This document shows positions 58,223 through 64,000 of a stretch of DNA of 64,000 nucleotides, piece by piece. The notes beneath the pieces were generated by a model. It saw only the letters and a program-made list of their open reading frames with translations. It did not search any database and was not told the DNA's origin. The position numbers and the translations under genes are program-made. This DNA comes from a virus. Positions within the stretch are counted from its first letter, which is position 1. Every line of letters starts with the position of its first letter. The stretch lies in the IMG/VR virus record IMGVR_UViG_3300033412_000004, positions 27,613 through 91,612 of that record; one strand, written 5' to 3'.

Positions 58223-58408
58223 ATGTTGCGCAGCAAGCTGTTGAAGATCGCCGCCGCAGCGTCTCGCTATGAGCGGAATTCCATACGACCCGAGCACAAT
58301 GGCGGGCGAGCGCCGCTGTCCGAACACGAGCGCGCAGCTCAAAAGCTGATTGACGCTGTAAAAGAGCTGCCTGAGGAAGTACGAGAACTGTTGGAGATGA
58401 CAGAATGA
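58223..58408 (+). CDS. Hypothetical protein
   Basis: Fills gap; ATGA overlap with next gene. Confidence 0.45.
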   Translation: MLRSKLLKIAAAASRYERNSIRPEHNGGRAPLSEHERAAQKLIDAVKELPEEVRELLEMTE

Positions 58409-59166
58409 GAAACAACACCACACAGGACATCAGGCTCGAGTTCGCACGGTTGCTCCGCGAGGGCAAGTTCACCAGCGTCAACCGCGAGGCGTCGATGACG
58501 TCCTTGGTGGGTAGTCGGACGATCGAGATCGTCGGTGCCAATCTCATTGCGTCGGATGACGCGCTCTTCGGTAAGGTGGACTGGGACTACATTCACCGCG
58601 AAGAGCAGTGGTACGACTCACAGTCGCTGAACGTCAACGACATTCCCGGTGGCGCTCCCACCGTGTGGAAGGCAGTCGCTGACAAGACGACGGGCGAGGT
58701 CAATAGCAACTACGGTTGGACGACCTACAGCCCGGAGAACGGGAACCAGTACTCGAAGGTGCTGGCCGAGCTCAAGAAAAATCCGGAGAGCCGGAGGGCA
58801 GTGGTCATCTACACCCGTCCGTCGATGTGGGAGGACTACAATAGGGGCGGCCGCAGTGACTTCATGTGCACCAACGCAGTGCAATACCTCGTCCGCGATG
58901 GCGCTGTCCATGCCTGCGTCCAGATGCGGAGCAACGACGCCATCCTCGGCTACAAGAACGACCGGGCTTGGCAACAGACAGTGCTGACGCGGTTGGCGCG
59001 TGACCTGGAGCAACCTGTGGGCAACCTGTACTGGTCGGCAGGCAGCCTCCACGTCTATGAGCGTCACTTCTACCTGGTCGATCACTTCGGCAAGACGGGT
59101 GAGCTGTCGATTCCCAAGTCGCAGTACCGTGAGCTCTATCCCACTTCCCCCTACAGCAAGGAGTAA
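58405..59166 (+). CDS. dCMP hydroxymethyltransferase (T4 gp42-like, thymidylate synthase fold)
   Basis: NSNYG, SRRA, DFMCTNAVQY, MRSND..GYKND.AWQ (Asp at the specificity position), GSLHVYERHF. Confidence 0.85.
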   Translation: MRNNTTQDIRLEFARLLREGKFTSVNREASMTSLVGSRTIEIVGANLIASDDALFGKVDWDYIHREEQWYDSQSLNVNDIPGGAPTVWKAVADKTTGEVNSNYGWTTYSPENGNQYSKVLAELKKNPESRRAVVIYTRPSMWEDYNRGGRSDFMCTNAVQYLVRDGAVHACVQMRSNDAILGYKNDRAWQQTVLTRLARDLEQPVGNLYWSAGSLHVYERHFYLVDHFGKTGELSIPKSQYRELYPTSPYSKE

Positions 59167-59171
59167 CGTTC

Positions 59172-59717
59172 ATGACATGCATCGTTGGTCTGGCACAAGG
59201 AAACTCGGTGTGGCTCGGCGGCGACCGAGCGGCAACTGACGGCGGCCTCAATCGCACGCTGATCAAGGAGCCGAAGGTCTTCGAGAAGAGCGGCATCGGC
59301 TTCGGCGTCTGTGGACTACCCAAGGTGATGGACGCCATTCAACACGCCATCGAGATGCCGCCTTACTCGGGCGAGGACACGAAGGCGTACCTGGTGACGT
59401 CGGTGATCCCGGCGGTCCGGGACGGACTGAAAAAGCTTGAGTGCACCGAGGAACACAACGGTCAGCACTACTTCCACGGCGCGTTGCTGATCGGCTTCCA
59501 GGGACGCTTGTTCGAAGTCCAAGGCAACTTCCAGCTCGTCGAGGCCAGCGTTCCCTTCGCCTCAGTGGGCAGTGGCGCTGAACCCGCTTTGGGCTCGCTG
59601 CGGTCGACGAAAGGAAAACCGCGAGCTCGCTTGCTCGAAGCGTTGAAGGTGTCGGCAGAGAACAACGCGGGCGTCGCGCCACCGTTCGATGTCATCGAGG
59701 TCAAAGCTCGGAGGTAA
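59172..59717 (+). CDS. HslV/proteasome-beta-like Ntn hydrolase
   Basis: N-terminal (M)TCIVG, GGD, conserved K, VGSG. Confidence 0.75.
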   Translation: MTCIVGLAQGNSVWLGGDRAATDGGLNRTLIKEPKVFEKSGIGFGVCGLPKVMDAIQHAIEMPPYSGEDTKAYLVTSVIPAVRDGLKKLECTEEHNGQHYFHGALLIGFQGRLFEVQGNFQLVEASVPFASVGSGAEPALGSLRSTKGKPRARLLEALKVSAENNAGVAPPFDVIEVKARR

Positions 59718-59718
59718 C

Positions 59719-60294
59719 ATGACCTGCATCGTCGGACTTGAACACGAGGGAATAGTCTACATCGGTGGCGACAGCGCCGGTGTTGCGGAGTACGACATCT
59801 GTACCCGCAGCGATGAGAAGGTCTTCTTCAATGATGAAGTCCTGATGGGCTTCACGTCGTCGTTCCGGATGGGACAGCTGCTGCGGTACGCCTTCACGGT
59901 GCCCGAGCAGTCGAACAAGAAGGAAGACATGGCGTACCTGGTGACTGACTTCGTCGACGCCATCAGGTTGTGCTACCGAGAGAAAGGCTTCATCAAGAAG
60001 GAGAATGAACAGGAGGAGGGCGGCACTTTCCTCTTGGGCTACCGCGGACACCTCTACGTGATTGAGGGCGACTTCCAGGTCGGCAAGCCTGGTGAGGGCT
60101 ACGCCGCCGTCGGCTGCGGCGCCAACATTGCGTTGGGAGCGATGTACGCTTCGCAATCGTGGAAAGATCCAGAGCTGCGCATTCGCACCGCACTCGAGGC
60201 GGCTGTCGCCCATAGTGCGGGCGTTCGTCCCCCGTTTACGGTGCTCAAGCTCGAATCGGTGAGTACTGTACAACAGGGGAAGCGCAAACGATGA
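59719..60294 (+). CDS. HslV/proteasome-beta-like Ntn hydrolase (tandem paralog)
   Basis: (M)TCIVG, GGDS, KVF, VGCG, V.PPF. Confidence 0.75.
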   Translation: MTCIVGLEHEGIVYIGGDSAGVAEYDICTRSDEKVFFNDEVLMGFTSSFRMGQLLRYAFTVPEQSNKKEDMAYLVTDFVDAIRLCYREKGFIKKENEQEEGGTFLLGYRGHLYVIEGDFQVGKPGEGYAAVGCGANIALGAMYASQSWKDPELRIRTALEAAVAHSAGVRPPFTVLKLESVSTVQQGKRKR

Positions 60295-60866
60295 ACAACC
60301 CGACGTTCACGGTCTTTGTGGGACCGATGTTCTCATCAAAAACGACGCGCCTACTGTCGGCGCTCGAACGGTACAAGTACCAGCACAAGAAGGTGGTCGT
60401 CTTCAAACCTGACATCGACGACCGCTACGGTGCCGACAGTGTGGTGTCGCACAGCGGTTGGAAGGCTGCTGCCATCACCGTCAAGAAGGGCGCTGACATC
60501 CTGCAGGCGCTGTCGGGCGACGACGGGGCGCCTGACGTCATTGCCGTCGATGAAGCGTTCATGATCCCGGGTATCACTGAGGTGCTCGTCTGGATCTACA
60601 AATTGGGCATCAGCGTCGTCGTGTCGACGTTGGACATCTCAGCCACGGGCAAGCCGTTCCACGAGGTGGAGAAGATGCTGCCTTGGGCGACACACGTCGA
60701 GAAGTGCAGCGCTGTCTGCACCGTCTGTGGCCGTGATGCGTTCTACACCCACAAGAAGCAGGTGGACGGTGAAGAGATTCAAGTTGGCGGTGCTGAACTC
60801 TATGAGCCTCGCTGCTTCCAACACCACCTCGCCATCGACAATCGACCCCGCATCCATAGCGATTGA
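60291..60866 (+). CDS. tdk: Thymidine kinase
   Basis: GPMFSSKT, FKP.IDDRY, VDEA, C..CG, VGG.E.YEPRC. Confidence 0.92.
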   Translation: MNNPTFTVFVGPMFSSKTTRLLSALERYKYQHKKVVVFKPDIDDRYGADSVVSHSGWKAAAITVKKGADILQALSGDDGAPDVIAVDEAFMIPGITEVLVWIYKLGISVVVSTLDISATGKPFHEVEKMLPWATHVEKCSAVCTVCGRDAFYTHKKQVDGEEIQVGGAELYEPRCFQHHLAIDNRPRIHSD

Positions 60867-61023
60867 TGCTCGCGGTCCCAACCTTCTGGAGCGAATCCTG
60901 TTGGGCATCACTTGCATTGGGCACTGCTCGGGCAATGACCCCGCTCACCAGCGGCACTGCGCTGAGACTTGTTGGCCGCGTGATCGATTGAAGATCACAC
61001 TCCGCCTGCCGTAGGTTGGCGAC

Positions 61024-61281
61024 ATGGCACGCAAGAAGCAAAACCCCGGTGCGGAGCGTCGGTCGCTCATTGCGCAATACAAGCGCGAAGGATACGAACG
61101 TCTAGCATTTGACTCCGAGGACGAAGCGAGTGCTTTCATCGTCGGGCTCGACACTGGACGTGATGCGTACAACTCGAACCTCGAGGCCGAAACCCTGCCT
61201 CCCGTCAAGGGCAAGAAGCCCGAGTGGACGGTGTGGTACAAGGTCGAACACTACGAAGAGGAAGAATTCGGGTACCCGTGA
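61024..61281 (+). CDS. Hypothetical protein
   Basis: 85 aa; promoter immediately upstream. Confidence 0.6.
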   Translation: MARKKQNPGAERRSLIAQYKREGYERLAFDSEDEASAFIVGLDTGRDAYNSNLEAETLPPVKGKKPEWTVWYKVEHYEEEEFGYP

Positions 61282-62426
61282 TGCGTATCCCATTTCAGAT
61301 GGTCTTGCCTGAGGACCTGTGTGGCCTCGCTCACGTCTTCCACCAGACAGGCAAGCAACTCTACGTCGTCGGCGGCGCAGTACGCGATGCGGTGCTGGGC
61401 AAAACGCCCAAGGACTTCGACGTGGCGACGGACGCCACGCCTGACGAAGTCATCGAGCTGCTGCGGCCCATCCTTGCCTGGCGAGTGTTGGAAGTCGGCA
61501 AGGCCTTCGGAGTCGTTCGCGCCCGCCTGGATGGAGGCGACTACGAGTACGAGATCGCGACCTTTCGCCAGGACATCGGCGAAGGCCGACGACCCGATTC
61601 CGTCGTCTTCACCACCATCGAGGAAGACGTCAAGCGCCGGGACCTGACGATCAACGCGCTGTTCTACGACATCAACAAGGCCGAGATCGTTGACCTGGTT
61701 GGCGGTTTCGACGACCTCAACGACCACATCATCAGAACGGTGGGCCTACCCGAGGACAGGTTCCGTGAGGACCGGTTGCGGGTGCTGCGAGCGATTCGCT
61801 TTGCGTCCAAGTTGGGCTTCACCCTCGAGTCGAGGACGTTGGAGTCGATCGAAAAGGACAACAACCTCGACGGCGTGTCGTTCGAGCGAGTCCGCGATGA
61901 GATGGTGAAGGCGATCCAATCCGCCAAGAAGCCCCGCCGGCTGATCACGCTGTTGGACCAGTTGAAGATGTGGCCGAGGGTGCTGCCGGGCCTCGCAGTG
62001 ACGCCCGTGCCCGATACCCTGGTGTCCAGCTCCAGCGTCGAGACGTGCAATGTCGCTGTCGCCTTGGCGATACTGCTGGACCTCAATGCACCGGAACACG
62101 TTGCCAAGCGACTCAACCAGCTGAAGTACAGCGCCGCTGAAGTCGCCCAGGTGACGTTCCTGCTGCGATTCCGCGACATCACCCCTTTCAATGCGTACCG
62201 GCTGTGGCGCTCATACGGAACGTCACACCTGATGTCAGAAGATCTGATCGAGTACGCTCGCGAGCGCGGGCTGCCTGAGTCGCGGATGCTGAACACGTTC
62301 CTCAACTACTCACCGATCACGACCGGAGATCAACTGCTCGCAGAAGGCTTCACTGGATCCGCGCTGGGAAATGAACTTGCCCGGCGGGAGACGGTACGAT
62401 TCTGCGAACTGCATGGTGAACACTGA
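61281..62426 (+). CDS. cca: CCA-adding enzyme / tRNA nucleotidyltransferase
   Basis: VGGAVRD, DFDVAT, EIATFR, RRDLTINAL, EDRLRVLRAIRF. Confidence 0.88.
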   Translation: MRIPFQMVLPEDLCGLAHVFHQTGKQLYVVGGAVRDAVLGKTPKDFDVATDATPDEVIELLRPILAWRVLEVGKAFGVVRARLDGGDYEYEIATFRQDIGEGRRPDSVVFTTIEEDVKRRDLTINALFYDINKAEIVDLVGGFDDLNDHIIRTVGLPEDRFREDRLRVLRAIRFASKLGFTLESRTLESIEKDNNLDGVSFERVRDEMVKAIQSAKKPRRLITLLDQLKMWPRVLPGLAVTPVPDTLVSSSSVETCNVAVALAILLDLNAPEHVAKRLNQLKYSAAEVAQVTFLLRFRDITPFNAYRLWRSYGTSHLMSEDLIEYARERGLPESRMLNTFLNYSPITTGDQLLAEGFTGSALGNELARRETVRFCELHGEH

Positions 62427-62967
62427 AGAACGCAAGGGAGGGTGGATCTGCACCTACACGGGCAAGCGCTTCTACCCGCTCGATCCTCGTCTTGAGGAAA
62501 TCGACATCAACGACATCATCCACGCGCTGTCGAACCTGTCACGGTTTGCGGGCCACGCCACCAGCTTCTACTCGGTGGCGCAGCACTGCGTCTTGGTGTC
62601 TCTCGTCTGCGATCCACAAGATGCCTTGTGGGGTCTGCTGCACGACGCCAGCGAGGCGTACTTGATCGACGTACCATCGCCCCTGAAGAAGTGTCCGGAG
62701 TTCGACTTCTACCGAGTCGCCGAGAAGGGTCTGATGGACGTCATCTGTGACAAGTTCGGCCTGAGCCACGACGAGCCGCCCTCAGTAAAGTTGGCGGACA
62801 AGAAGGTATTGGCTACTGAAGCCCGGGACCTGACAATGACTGAGGGCCGCGGGTGGGCCACAGAGGCCGAACCGCTTGAGTTCCACATCAAGCCCTGGAC
62901 ACCTGAGGTGGCCCGGGTCAAATTCGTATCGCGACTCCACGAACTGATGCTGAAGAGGGCTGCATGA
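62413..62967 (+). CDS. HD-domain 5'-deoxynucleotidase (YfbR-like)
   Basis: DIIHALS...RF.GH...YSVAQH...LLHDASEAY..D. Confidence 0.85.
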   Translation: MVNTEERKGGWICTYTGKRFYPLDPRLEEIDINDIIHALSNLSRFAGHATSFYSVAQHCVLVSLVCDPQDALWGLLHDASEAYLIDVPSPLKKCPEFDFYRVAEKGLMDVICDKFGLSHDEPPSVKLADKKVLATEARDLTMTEGRGWATEAEPLEFHIKPWTPEVARVKFVSRLHELMLKRAA

Positions 62968-63434
62968 GCGTTGCAAAGACTGAGCCGATGGGAATCGTTC
63001 CTGAACGTCCGACGTGGCCTGAAACTTGGATGCAGGTCGCCAAGACGATGGCCGAACGGTCGTACGATCCTCGCCTCAAGGTGGGTGCCATCATCGTCAG
63101 CGCTGACAACACGCAGATGCTGTCGGTGGGCTACAACGGCAACTACAAGGGAGGGCCGCACCTGCACGAGTCCACAGAACCCGGCAAGAGCGGGTTCATC
63201 CACGCCGAGATCAACGCACTGGTCAAGTGCGACTTCAACTTTGGCAAGAAGAAGCACATGTACGTGACCCACAGCCCGTGCCGGGACTGTGCCAAGCTGA
63301 TCATCAACGCCGAGATCGCGAGGGTGGTCTACGACATCCCGTACCGCGATCCATCAGGACTCGACCTCCTACGATCGGTCGGGATTGAGGTGCTAAGCGT
63401 CGGGGAGGCCATACTTATCGCCAGGTCGCGATGA
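62964..63434 (+). CDS. dCMP deaminase
   Basis: VGA, GYNG, HAEINA, PCRDC. Confidence 0.9.
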   Translation: MSVAKTEPMGIVPERPTWPETWMQVAKTMAERSYDPRLKVGAIIVSADNTQMLSVGYNGNYKGGPHLHESTEPGKSGFIHAEINALVKCDFNFGKKKHMYVTHSPCRDCAKLIINAEIARVVYDIPYRDPSGLDLLRSVGIEVLSVGEAILIARSR

Positions 63435-63715
63435 GGGAACTGCAACAGGAAGACGTCATTCGCATCATGCGAGAGGAGTGGGGCAAAAAGGTCTCAGCGC
63501 TCCAGGAGACGGTGGACCTTGCTTTTAGCTCCAAGGTGAACAAGGACGGCGAAAAGCCCATCCTGGCGCCGGAGTTGAAGGTGATGCACAGGAACAGCGG
63601 CATCCGCTACACTGTGTCGTCCGTCGGACCCCGTGACATCATCTTGAGGACGCCGGAAGGCGAAGATTTCCTCGTCGACAAGGAGACGCTGGAGGCTGAA
63701 TATGAGCTCGACTGA
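63431..63715 (+). CDS. Late hypothetical protein with leader
   Basis: VIRIMREE; TACTTA at 63412. Confidence 0.65.
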   Translation: MRELQQEDVIRIMREEWGKKVSALQETVDLAFSSKVNKDGEKPILAPELKVMHRNSGIRYTVSSVGPRDIILRTPEGEDFLVDKETLEAEYELD

Positions 63716-64000
63716 CAAGAAGAACCCGTTGGCGGGCATTGACGTGGATTCCATCGTCAAGGCCAGCATCCGCAAGGGTCGCCCGGCCATTGCCAAGCTC
63801 GACGAGGCCTTCGTGGCCGAGCCGAAGCCCTACAAGCAGGTCAGCGAACTAGTGTCGCAGAAGACCAAGGACGCTCACACTGAACTCTACAAGAAGTACG
63901 TCGAGACCTTCAATGGCGTCTCGGCGGAACTTGACACCGCCGATCGGACAGCTTCCGATTCGCGGCACAGTGAGTTCAGGTCGCTGAAGCTCGACGAGAC
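63702..64000 (+). CDS. Fe/Mn superoxide dismutase-like protein (runs off window end)
   Basis: My translation: ...VSQKTKDAHTELYKKYVETFN...HSEFRSLKLDE resembles an SOD N-terminal domain; SD GGAGG; not in the ORF track. Confidence 0.55.
   Translation, partial: MSSTDKKNPLAGIDVDSIVKASIRKGRPAIAKLDEAFVAEPKPYKQVSELVSQKTKDAHTELYKKYVETFNGVSAELDTADRTASDSRHSEFRSLKLDE

Noticed and set aside
58405-59166. Ordinary thymidylate synthase ThyA
   Set aside because: Lacks the LxPCH and PFN motifs, has gp42-type DFMCT and ND, and ThyX is already present
60860-61014. Small Cys/His-rich ORF after tdk
   Set aside because: No convincing start codon outside tdk; cannot be supported
1-64000. Many long antisense or alternate-frame ORFs (e.g. 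12940-13902, 14176-15180, 35196-36332)
   Set aside because: Shadow ORFs caused by high-GC codon bias opposite clearly identified genes
1-64000. Very frequent GTCGAC/TCGA
   Set aside because: Plausibly explained by preferred GTC/ATC/CTC plus GAC/GAG codon pairs; a Markov-corrected count would be needed to claim more
1-64000. CRISPR array, tRNA genes, inteins or group I introns
   Set aside because: No repeat-spacer pattern or cloverleaf recognised by eye; dnaE, RNR, helicase and recA are uninterrupted and of normal length
1-64000. Stop-codon reassignment
   Set aside because: Genes are full length in the standard code, and TAA, TAG and TGA all end genes at sensible positions

Overview
A 64-kb segment of a high-GC (roughly 60%) jumbo myophage genome in the standard genetic code, mostly on the + strand. 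It runs from tail and baseplate genes (tape measure, baseplate hub/wedge; 1-10.7 kb) into a T4-like replication block (minimal PolA, gp32-like SSB, RecA/UvsX, dUTPase, 5'-3' exonuclease, DnaB helicase, class II RNR). A long accessory region follows, covering nucleotide metabolism, RNA repair, three DNA methyltransferases, stress/proteostasis genes and a DnaE polymerase. Four things stand out. (1) A probable cytosine hypermodification pathway: T4 gp42-type dCMP hydroxymethylase, second dNMP kinase, GT-B glycosyltransferase, UDP-xylose synthase and a 4-epimerase, predicting a pentosyl-hmC. (2) A dispersed set of genes with a TA(C/G/A)TTA late-type promoter and an N-terminal LRxLIxE leader, resembling capsid-targeted, protease-processed cargo (J-domain/WGR protein, protein kinase, Dps-like and SOD-like proteins). 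(3) Three of these proteins share an unrecognised ~60-aa C-terminal domain. (4) About 18 genes have a -35/-10 promoter ending 5-8 nt before the start codon, implying leaderless mRNAs. All calls come from motif reading only; no database searches were run.
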